Virus record (IMG/VR): IMGVR_UViG_3300048857_000051
Location: 1 to 42,281 of that record
Origin: a virus
Taxonomy: Duplodnaviria; Caudoviricetes
Reading direction: 5' to 3' (one strand)
DNA length: 42,281 nt
The translations under genes were made by a program, and so were the position numbers. Below, piece by piece: positions 35,050 through 42,281 of this stretch. Below the pieces are notes generated by a model. That model was given only the letters and a program-made list of their open reading frames with translations, ran no database searches and was not told the DNA's origin. Each line of letters starts with the position of its first letter. The first letter of the stretch is position 1.

Positions 35050-35741
35050 GCATCACCTATCACCGCAACCTCGTGCAGGGGTCAGACGAGTGGCTGCAGG
35101 CCCGGTGCGGCTTGCTCACAGCTTCGGAAATGAAGCTAATCCTGACGCCGACCCTCCGCTGGGCCGACAACGACAAGTCGCGCAGCCACCTCTCGGAACT
35201 GCTGGCCCAGCGCATCACGGGCTATGTCGAGCCGCACTATGTCAGCGACGACATGCTCCGCGGGCAGATGAACGAGGTTGAGGCCCGCATTCTTTACGCC
35301 CAGCACTTCGCCCCGGTGCAGGAGATGGGCTTCATCGTCAACGACCGGTGGGGCTTCCCGATCGGATATTCGCCGGACGGTCTCGTGGGAGATGACGGCC
35401 TGATTGAGTGCAAGTCGCGGCGGCAGAAGTTCCAGGTGCAGACGATCCTTCAGAACGTCGAGGAATGCACCGTTCCCCCTGAATACCTACTCCAGGTTCA
35501 GACCGGTCTGCTGGTGTCGGAGCGGTCCTGGCTCGACTTCATTAGCTACTCGGGCGGGCTGCCCATGGTGACGATCAGATGCCACGCCATCCCTGCTGTT
35601 CAGGAAGCCATCATCGGCGCGGCGACTGAGTTCGAGCGGCAGATCGCCACCCTCCGCAAGCAGTACGGCGATGTCGTCGGCTACGCGCCGAACCGGCTCA
35701 TCCCAACCGAACGCAAGATCGAACAGGAAATGGTGCTCTGA
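35046..35741 (+). CDS. YqaJ / lambda-exonuclease family recombination nuclease
   Basis: QGSDEWLQARCG.LTAS, SPDGLV..DGLIECKS, Y.LQVQ. Confidence 0.92.
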   Translation: MSITYHRNLVQGSDEWLQARCGLLTASEMKLILTPTLRWADNDKSRSHLSELLAQRITGYVEPHYVSDDMLRGQMNEVEARILYAQHFAPVQEMGFIVNDRWGFPIGYSPDGLVGDDGLIECKSRRQKFQVQTILQNVEECTVPPEYLLQVQTGLLVSERSWLDFISYSGGLPMVTIRCHAIPAVQEAIIGAATEFERQIATLRKQYGDVVGYAPNRLIPTERKIEQEMVL

Positions 35742-36397
35742 TGGACATGTCCACGACGGTTGCCCCGAAGAGCAACCAGCTCAACGCAGACGACCTGATT
35801 ACCGGCCCGCGAACCATCACCATCACGAAGGTGAGCGGTTCAGGGAACGGCGAGCAGCCAGTTGCTGTGTCCTTTGATGGTGACGGCGGCAAGCCCTTCT
35901 ATCCGTGCAAGTCTATGCGGAGAGTGATGATTGCTGCCTGGGGCGTCGATGCCTCGCAGTACGTCGGTCGGGCAATGACCGTCTACCGCGACGCGTCCGT
36001 GCAGTACGGCGGCATGGCCGTTGGTGGCATCCGCATCTCGCACATGTCCCACATCGAGCGCGAGATGGTCATGGCGCTGACGGTCACCAAGGCCAAGCGA
36101 GCGCCGTACACGGTCAAGCCTCTGGTGATGGAGAAGGCCGCACCGCTGGAAGTCTGGCCGCACCTGCGCGGCGGGAGCCTTGCGCTTGTGCAGGCGGCGA
36201 GCGGGCCGGACTGGCTGGATGCCTGCCGGACCACGATCGACCAAGCGCCCCACGCTAAGGCGCTGGAAGGCTGGGCCAAGGCGATGGAGGTGCACTTCAA
36301 GGCGCTGGAGCCGCGCGACGCGTCTCTGGTGCAGGAGGTGCGGAACCTTGTCGTTGACCGGCTGGACGCGCTGTCCAGCGGCGAGGAGGCGGCATGA
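35741..36397 (+). CDS. Putative ssDNA-binding / annealing partner of the exonuclease
   Basis: TGATG-coupled to the exonuclease; KS.QLNADDL...GGIRISH; function inferred from position. Confidence 0.6.
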   Translation: MDMSTTVAPKSNQLNADDLITGPRTITITKVSGSGNGEQPVAVSFDGDGGKPFYPCKSMRRVMIAAWGVDASQYVGRAMTVYRDASVQYGGMAVGGIRISHMSHIEREMVMALTVTKAKRAPYTVKPLVMEKAAPLEVWPHLRGGSLALVQAASGPDWLDACRTTIDQAPHAKALEGWAKAMEVHFKALEPRDASLVQEVRNLVVDRLDALSSGEEAA

Positions 36398-36723
36398 GCG
36401 CGCCGAAGTGGACGCCAGGGCCGTGGCTGCTGGATGGCAGCACGATCTACACACTGGACGAGCACACGAAGTCGAACCGCTGGTGGGCTTCGGTGCAGGC
36501 CATCTATCGCGGCCCTGCCACCGAGCGCCCCCTCGACATCACACGCGCGGAGATATCGGCCAACGCCCGCCTGATCGCCTCTGCCCCGGAACTCTACCAC
36601 GCGCTGAACGAGTTGGTCTGGTGCCACGACCACCCGACGCTCGACAGCGACGATCCAGAGTGGACGACGGTTCTAGCCGTTGCCCGCGCCGCGCTCGCGA
36701 AGGCGAAGGGAGCCACCCCATGA
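36394..36723 (+). CDS. Conserved phage hypothetical protein
   Basis: TPGPW...ANARLIASAPEL...ARAALAKA pattern. Confidence 0.75.
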   Translation: MSAPKWTPGPWLLDGSTIYTLDEHTKSNRWWASVQAIYRGPATERPLDITRAEISANARLIASAPELYHALNELVWCHDHPTLDSDDPEWTTVLAVARAALAKAKGATP

Positions 36724-36929
36724 CCATCATGGACACGCGCCTGGTGGCCTTCACCCGCGCCGAGCACGCGGCGCTGCTCGCAATCGCGGAGATTGATGCG
36801 CTCGTTACTCGCCTAGTGCCCCCCGCGCTCCTGCGTGGCGACGTGATGCAGGTGCTGGACCTTCTGCGCGTCGCCAACCTGGCGCGGGACGTGATCAAGG
36901 CGCGGGTGGGGGAGGTGGGGAATGTCTGA
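36720..36929 (+). CDS. Hypothetical protein
   Basis: ATGA overlap, GGGAG RBS. Confidence 0.55.
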   Translation: MTIMDTRLVAFTRAEHAALLAIAEIDALVTRLVPPALLRGDVMQVLDLLRVANLARDVIKARVGEVGNV

Positions 36930-37686
36930 CCGCATCGTCTGTTGGTTTTCTGCCGGCGCTGCGTCAGCCGTGGCGACGAAGCTCGCCCTCGCCCGCTACC
37001 ACGGCCACGAGGTGATCGTCGCGCGCTGCATTGTCCCAGAGGAGCACGAGGACAACAGCCGGTTTGCGGCGGACTGCGCGGAGTGGTTCGGCTGCCCGAT
37101 CATGGACCTGCGCAGCACGGACTATGAGAGCTGCGAGGAGGTCTGGACGAAGCGCCGCTACATGGCGGGCCCTGCTGGCGCGCCGTGTACCCGCGAGATG
37201 AAGAAGGCGGTTCGCTGGGCGTTCGAGATGGACTTCCAGCCGACGCTACAGGTGTTTGGCTACACGGCGGAAGAGCAGGGGCGGGCCGACCGCTTCCGGG
37301 CCGGCAACCCTGAGGTAGCGCTAGTGACGCCGCTGATTGAGCAGGGGCTGACCAAGGCGGACTGCCTCGGGATGGTGGACCGCGCCGGCATTGAGATCCC
37401 CGCGATCTATCGTCTTGGCTTCCGCAACGCCAACTGCCTCGGCTGCGTGAAAGCCACCGCGCCCGCCTACTGGAACCGCATCCGTCGGCACTTTCCGGAA
37501 GTGTTTGAGCGCCGCGCTGCCCTGTCCCGTGAGATCGGCTGCCGGCTGGTCGAACTGCACAAGGAGCGGATCTTCCTGGACGAACTTCCGCCGTCCGCCG
37601 GCGCTGGGGAACAGGAGCCCGACATGGACTGCTCGCTGCTATGCGCAATCGCTGAACAGAAGATCGCGGAGGCCGCCCATGTCTGA
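36922..37686 (+). CDS. PAPS-reductase-like / adenine nucleotide alpha-hydrolase family protein
   Basis: WFSAGAAS PP-loop variant, CTREMKK, G.TAEE..R, PLIE, Y.LGF..ANCLGCVK. Confidence 0.8.
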   Translation: MSDRIVCWFSAGAASAVATKLALARYHGHEVIVARCIVPEEHEDNSRFAADCAEWFGCPIMDLRSTDYESCEEVWTKRRYMAGPAGAPCTREMKKAVRWAFEMDFQPTLQVFGYTAEEQGRADRFRAGNPEVALVTPLIEQGLTKADCLGMVDRAGIEIPAIYRLGFRNANCLGCVKATAPAYWNRIRRHFPEVFERRAALSREIGCRLVELHKERIFLDELPPSAGAGEQEPDMDCSLLCAIAEQKIAEAAHV

Positions 37687-37909
37687 GCACGACCCCGACA
37701 TGGCCGCCTTCGAGGCCGCGCAGGAGCGGGACGTTGAAGAGAGCGCGGGAGATATCGAACTGGAGGCGCTTGCCGCCCGCCTGATCCCAGCCGCCGTGAT
37801 ATTCGCGGACGCGCCTGAGCATGTGGCCGACCTGCGACGCCGCGCCGTTGAGATACTGCGCGCCGCCCTCACCGCCCGCGACGCTGCGACGGAGACGCGC
37901 AATGGCTGA
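37679..37909 (+). CDS. Hypothetical protein
   Basis: GGAGG RBS; overlap-coupled. Confidence 0.55.
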   Translation: MSEHDPDMAAFEAAQERDVEESAGDIELEALAARLIPAAVIFADAPEHVADLRRRAVEILRAALTARDAATETRNG

Positions 37910-38552
37910 TGATGTGAAGGCGCCGAGCCGCGAAGACTTGGCCGGGTTCATACGCAGCGTGACCTATGGCCTGTGCGACGCGACAAGCCCGACCGGCACG
38001 GCCGCCTGGGAGCGCAACAAGCGTGTGGTGGATTGGCTGCGCGCCCTCACCCGCGCCGACAACCCGCCGGGCGAGGGCGTGGTGGTGACGCAAGAGATGA
38101 TCGACGCGGCATACAACGCATACGCCGTCCACGAATGGGACAACGGGCGCGCGAAACGTGGCCCTGAGCGTGACGGGCTGGCTGTAGCAATCCGCGCCGC
38201 GCTTGCCCTCACCGCCCCCCGCCCTGCCGCGCCCGGCGACGGGGAGGCCGAAGATGTAGGCGAGCCGTGGACAGAGCAGCAGATAGCGGACCTGCGTGCC
38301 TTGGGGCGGAAGGGCGACCTGGACAACGCCATCCGGCAGGTGCGTGAGGCCGGATATACCCTCGCCCCGCCCGTCCAGGCGCGCGGCGGGGATGAGGTGG
38401 AGCCCGATGAGGGTGTGGTGATCGAAGCACGCCGCCGGTCGAAAGTGACCCACGGCACCGAGGCGTACTGGCAAGTCTACATCAGAGCCGCCCAGCACGC
38501 CCTCGCCCCCAGCGCCGCCCGCGCCGAGCAGGGGACAAGCCATGATGCTTGA
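37902..38552 (+). CDS. Hypothetical protein
   Basis: GGAG RBS; VTQEMIDAA...AIRAAL phage-type motif. Confidence 0.6.
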   Translation: MADDVKAPSREDLAGFIRSVTYGLCDATSPTGTAAWERNKRVVDWLRALTRADNPPGEGVVVTQEMIDAAYNAYAVHEWDNGRAKRGPERDGLAVAIRAALALTAPRPAAPGDGEAEDVGEPWTEQQIADLRALGRKGDLDNAIRQVREAGYTLAPPVQARGGDEVEPDEGVVIEARRRSKVTHGTEAYWQVYIRAAQHALAPSAARAEQGTSHDA

Positions 38553-38802
38553 TGGGCAAAAGGCACTTTGCCGCGGGTGCGGTCGCCCATTCGACTTGCA
38601 CCTGCTGGATGCAAAGCCGGATGATCCGCAGAACCCGGACAGTTGTGATTGGAACCGTCTGGAGTGCGGAGGCTGCTATAGGCCTGGATACGTCACGGCC
38701 GCCTCGAACGGCCCGGACTTCTGCACCCTGGCCGGGCACCCGCACGAGCCGCTGATACCACGTTGCGCCGCCCGCGACGAGCAGACGGGAGGCGGGCGGT
38801 GA
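38542..38802 (+). CDS. Small Cys-rich protein (putative zinc finger)
   Basis: CRGC...CGGC. Confidence 0.55.
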   Translation: MMLDGQKALCRGCGRPFDLHLLDAKPDDPQNPDSCDWNRLECGGCYRPGYVTAASNGPDFCTLAGHPHEPLIPRCAARDEQTGGGR

Positions 38803-39200
38803 GCGGGTACCGCTACGGCGATTATCCGCCGACCCAAGCCTGCCCATACTGCGGCACGCGATGCGATGCAGACTTCGTTGATATTGGCGTGGGCATGCAG
38901 CAATGCGGTCCATACCACTGTCAGGCATGTGGTGCCTCCGAGATCGGCCCGAACGATGATGACCGCCCGCTCTCAGCCGATGAGCAGCGCACGGGCTGGT
39001 ACGAACCCGGCAAGCCGCCTGGCAGTTCAGCTAACGTCATAGACGGCCGCGTGGTCAGCTACGCAGTCATGCGGGACACCTATCGCGCGGAGTTCGTGGG
39101 CAACCCACTTTGGCACGATGAGGCCTACGTGCGCGAATGGTGGGAGAAGACCCGCCACCTGTCGCAGCCCGACACGCAGCGCGGCACGGAGGGGGGTTAG
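38799..39200 (+). CDS. Zinc-ribbon hypothetical protein
   Basis: CPYC...DIGVG..QCGP..CQAC; GGAGG RBS, GTG start. Confidence 0.7.
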   Translation: MSGYRYGDYPPTQACPYCGTRCDADFVDIGVGMQQCGPYHCQACGASEIGPNDDDRPLSADEQRTGWYEPGKPPGSSANVIDGRVVSYAVMRDTYRAEFVGNPLWHDEAYVREWWEKTRHLSQPDTQRGTEGG

Positions 39201-39201
39201 C

Positions 39202-39525
39202 ATGGGACACGTTCATCCACGCGACGCGATGGCCGCAACCGCGCGGCGCCCTCACGCCTCGCGCGAAGCCTATCTGGCCGAGCGCGCCTCCGACCGCTGC
39301 GACCTGCTGGAAGATGCGCTGAAGCCGCAGTCCAGCATCCGCGACCAGATCGTGGAGCTGCTAGAAGAGATCGACGCCGCCTGGGCCACGGTCGCCGGGC
39401 GGATCAGCGAGGCTGGGTACGACCCTGGGAACGACCGGATCGATACGGCCGAGCAAGCCACGCTGCTGATGAGTGGCGCGTTGTCGTCGCTACGCGCGGC
39501 CCGCGAGGAGATGAGGAGGCTGTGA
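39202..39525 (+). CDS. Hypothetical protein
   Basis: GGAGG RBS; helical. Confidence 0.55.
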   Translation: MGHVHPRDAMAATARRPHASREAYLAERASDRCDLLEDALKPQSSIRDQIVELLEEIDAAWATVAGRISEAGYDPGNDRIDTAEQATLLMSGALSSLRAAREEMRRL

Positions 39526-39526
39526 C

Positions 39527-39925
39527 GTGACCTGGAAACCGGAGACCATCCACGTCGCCGTTCGGCGGCACGGCCAGGACAGCGTGAGAACGTACGAGGG
39601 CTACACCTATCGAGGCCTTGGCTTGTTCGTGGAGAAGCACGAGGAAGTGCCGATGTGGAGCCTGACGCACCTAAACTCAGGCCACGCCATCCACTGGATG
39701 AAGGGGCGGCTGCGTAACGTGTTCCCGGCTGCGGCCGAGTATGCGGAACTGACGGACTGGACGCTCTTCACGCTGATCAACGGTTGGCAGCAGACCGACC
39801 CCGATCTGAAAACAAAGGTGCGCGCTCTGCGCGACAAGCACGGCGCCATGATCTTTTGCGGCGGTGGCCATGGCGTCGGGAATGACGATGCCGCGCGCCT
39901 TGTCGCTAGGAGCCGTGAGCAGTGA
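39527..39925 (+). CDS. Hypothetical protein
   Basis: GGAGG RBS; WSLTHLNSG motif. Confidence 0.6.
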   Translation: MTWKPETIHVAVRRHGQDSVRTYEGYTYRGLGLFVEKHEEVPMWSLTHLNSGHAIHWMKGRLRNVFPAAAEYAELTDWTLFTLINGWQQTDPDLKTKVRALRDKHGAMIFCGGGHGVGNDDAARLVARSREQ

Positions 39926-39977
39926 CCACCCCCACAACCGTCCAGGCCGCGCCCGCGGCGAGGGAGAGGAACGAATA

Positions 39978-40184
39978 ATGTTCGACTGGGAGAAGATCGA
40001 AGCCGCCCGCCTGGATGCAGCGGAGACGGAGGCCAAGCGGTTTCTGAAGCGCATGAGTGAACTGCGCGCCGCCAAGAAGCGCGACGCTGGCACGCACCCG
40101 CGCGAGAGTGGTGCGCTGAAGCGGGCAAGCATGGACCTAACCCGCGCGCTCGCCGACGTGCGGAGGTCGCCCTATGCAGAGTGA
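39978..40184 (+). CDS. Conserved phage hypothetical protein
   Basis: EAKRFL...ESGALKRASMDLTRALADVR; GAGG RBS. Confidence 0.65.
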   Translation: MFDWEKIEAARLDAAETEAKRFLKRMSELRAAKKRDAGTHPRESGALKRASMDLTRALADVRRSPYAE

Positions 40185-40548
40185 CCCCACCCCTCCCCCG
40201 CCCCTCGATCCAGCACTCGCCGCACGGGTGGAAGAGGACGCAGTGTCGCCCGCAAATCTCCTGGCGCGCGGATACCGAGAGTTCCCGGACACGATGGAGA
40301 AGGCGACGCGCCTTTTCCAGAAGGCCTTCGATGATGCCCACGGACGCCGTTACTTCATCACCTTCCGCGAGTGGGCCCACCCCATCCTTTGTCAGGGGCT
40401 CAGCTACGACGCGGAGATTGCCGTCGAGACGGGCTCCAGCGGCTATGTCTGGGCAACCATCAAAGAGGGCACGATCTCTGCCACAGAAGAGCGCGCCGAG
40501 GTTCTGTGGGCTGCGTGCGGCGAAGTCTATTACGAGGTCTCGCCATGA
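40174..40548 (+). CDS. Hypothetical protein
   Basis: GGAGG RBS; overlap-coupled. Confidence 0.6.
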   Translation: MQSDPTPPPPLDPALAARVEEDAVSPANLLARGYREFPDTMEKATRLFQKAFDDAHGRRYFITFREWAHPILCQGLSYDAEIAVETGSSGYVWATIKEGTISATEERAEVLWAACGEVYYEVSP

Positions 40549-40667
40549 CCGCCACCGAACCCCGCTGGGGCTTCTGGGAAGACGGCGCGTGGCACGAAGT
40601 CCCCAAGGCCCCTCCCCCCGCCCCCGACGAGGCGCGCCGGGCCGAGATACGAAGGGGGGTGGGGTAA
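40545..40667 (+). CDS. Small hypothetical protein
   Basis: GAGG RBS, ATGA overlap. Confidence 0.4.
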   Translation: MTATEPRWGFWEDGAWHEVPKAPPPAPDEARRAEIRRGVG

Positions 40668-40668
40668 C

Positions 40669-41097
40669 GTGAAGGCATTTGAGAAACCGCGCGCCTTGCA
40701 GGTGCGGCGCATCGTGGATTGGGTGAAGCAGCGCATCGCCTGGCCGACCGATGAACAGGCCATCAGGAAGCAGCGGGACGCCCTGACTGAGATTTTCAAA
40801 GTCACGCACGATCTGGGACGCGCTGAGCCTGCGGGGAACGCCCTGGTTCTTGGCGGTGAGGGGCAGCGTCTCTTCGCCTTCCCGAATGCGGAGGCATCGG
40901 ACCCTGCGGGAACCACGCTCCGCCTTGAGTGGTGGTCCGAGGGAAGCAGCAGCCGCTGGCAGTCCATTAACCTCACCCAGAGCGGCGTGGAGAGTTTGGT
41001 GCAGTACCTCTACGACCGCTTGCCCGACGTGCCTAAGCCAATGGACGAGACATGGCCGGATCCGCGCGATCTGGTGGTGGAGGTGCCGGATGCGTGA
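40669..41097 (+). CDS. Hypothetical protein
   Basis: Fills the operon up to xis. Confidence 0.55.
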   Translation: MKAFEKPRALQVRRIVDWVKQRIAWPTDEQAIRKQRDALTEIFKVTHDLGRAEPAGNALVLGGEGQRLFAFPNAEASDPAGTTLRLEWWSEGSSSRWQSINLTQSGVESLVQYLYDRLPDVPKPMDETWPDPRDLVVEVPDA

Positions 41098-41371
41098 CGA
41101 CGGCTCCCTCGCCCGCTGGCTCTCCCGTCCAGCTGCCGCCGCCTATGTCGACTTGACGGAGGTGGCTTTTACCCGGCGGGTAGCGGCAGGCACTCTTCCG
41201 CCTCCAAGTGGACACCTCGGCCCGCGATGCCTCCGCTGGGACCGACATGCGCTTGACGCGGCCATGGCTGGCCCGGCAGCTTCCCCCGCCCCTTCCGGAG
41301 CTTCCGGCCTTGCCGAAAAAATCCTCGCAGAAGGCCGGGCGCGTCGTCACGCGGCGGCTGGCCGACGGTAG
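41090..41371 (+). CDS. xis: Excisionase-like (AlpA-type HTH) protein
   Basis: LSRPAAAAYVDL...F...V..G.LP.P...RWDR.ALD; GGAGG RBS; adjacent to the integrase. Confidence 0.8.
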   Translation: MRDDGSLARWLSRPAAAAYVDLTEVAFTRRVAAGTLPPPSGHLGPRCLRWDRHALDAAMAGPAASPAPSGASGLAEKILAEGRARRHAAAGRR

Positions 41372-42281
41372 CCTCAAGACCTACCACTATGGCCCCTGGA
41401 AGGCCCAAGCCCCTCGCCAACCGGCGGGGGACACGATGCGGGCCCTGCTCCGGGCCTACGAGAACAGCCAGGAGTTCGCCGCACTCGCCCCAGCCACCAA
41501 GTCCTTCTACCTGATCTATCTGAAGGAGTGGCTGCGGGAGGCGGACGCTAGGCCGAAGGATGTGACCCGCCGGGACATCCTGGCCGCCCGTGACGCAATC
41601 GCCCAAGTCCGCGGCGTCGGCGCTGCCACGGCGTTCGGCCGGGTGACCGCCGCCCTGTTTGCCTGGGCTCTGGACCGGGAATGGGTGGAGCATAGCCCGG
41701 CCTCGAAACTGAAGGCGCTCCCTGGCGGCACCCTACCCGCTTGGTCGGAAGAGCAGATTGCCCATGCGCTAGCCAATCTGCCCGAGGCTCTGCGTCGGGT
41801 GGTGGTGCTGGCTGTCCATACCGGCCAGCGGCGTGGCGACCTCTGCGCCATGGCCTGGACCCAATACGACGGCGCCACGATCAAGCTACGGCAGAGCAAG
41901 ACGGGGGTGTCCCTGGTCATTCCCTGCCACCCCGACCTGCGCGTGGAGCTGGATCGATGGCGGCCCGAGCGGCAAGGCCCGCTGATCCTGGCCAGTCCTA
42001 AGACGGGCTACTGGTCGCCGGACCACCTGACTGACGAAATGGCGGCGGGTCTGCGGGCCATCGGCCTGCCGGGCCGGCTGGGCGTCCATGGGCTTCGAAA
42101 GGCTGCCGCTCGACGGCTGGCTGAAGCTGGATGCAGCACCCTGGAAATCGCAGCAATCACCGGCCACAAGACCCTGGCCATGGTGGCTCATTACACAGCA
42201 TCGGCGGATCAAGCGAAGCTGGCGGAGGCAGCGGTTCGGCGGCTTGTTTTACAACCAAATACAAATGCCAGAAAGACCTAG
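41247..42281 (+). CDS. int: Tyrosine integrase (start uncertain; overlaps xis)
   Basis: Catalytic R (TGQRRGD), K (QSKTG), HGLR, GH, Y (AHYT). Confidence 0.95.
   Translation: MRLTRPWLARQLPPPLPELPALPKKSSQKAGRVVTRRLADGSLKTYHYGPWKAQAPRQPAGDTMRALLRAYENSQEFAALAPATKSFYLIYLKEWLREADARPKDVTRRDILAARDAIAQVRGVGAATAFGRVTAALFAWALDREWVEHSPASKLKALPGGTLPAWSEEQIAHALANLPEALRRVVVLAVHTGQRRGDLCAMAWTQYDGATIKLRQSKTGVSLVIPCHPDLRVELDRWRPERQGPLILASPKTGYWSPDHLTDEMAAGLRAIGLPGRLGVHGLRKAAARRLAEAGCSTLEIAAITGHKTLAMVAHYTASADQAKLAEAAVRRLVLQPNTNARKT

Larger units (their letters stand above)
1..42281. mobile_element. Temperate siphovirus-like prophage (HK97-type head), apparently complete gene set; exact ends not visible
   Basis: Lambdoid module order: integrase/xis, early genes, CI/Cro switch, replication, packaging, head, tail, lysis. 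No obvious disabling stops in core genes. Confidence 0.95.

Noticed and set aside
42240-42281. Possible att core at the integrase 3' end
   Set aside because: AT-richer, but I found no matching direct repeat at the left end; flanks are outside the window.

Overview
The whole window reads as one apparently intact temperate, long-tailed (siphovirus-type) prophage with an HK97-type head module. It is GC-rich, and the gene families suggest an alphaproteobacterial host (inference). From right to left: a tyrosine integrase and excisionase at the right end; a + strand early operon (YqaJ-type exonuclease, putative annealing protein, PAPS-reductase-like protein, many small ORFs); a divergent CI/Cro-like switch with repeated operators; a - strand replication operon (VRR-NUC, Prim-Pol, P4/D5-type helicase, putative ori); HNH, terminase, portal, protease and capsid genes; tail genes with a -1 frameshifted chaperone; and a lysis cassette at the left end. 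The most unusual observations are: (1) a signal-peptide-less PL1 pectate-lyase-like gene between the putative holin and the GH108 endolysin, overlapping the endolysin start; (2) a 91-aa 'mini tape-measure' gene made of the TMP N- and C-terminal ends, directly after the TMP; (3) two paralogous small + strand genes bracketing the lysis cassette; (4) a tail fibre with two SPRY-like domains, eleven 23-aa repeats and an internal in-frame start; (5) an RMF-like small protein. All calls come from reading motifs and gene order by eye; no searches were run, and att sites are not visible.
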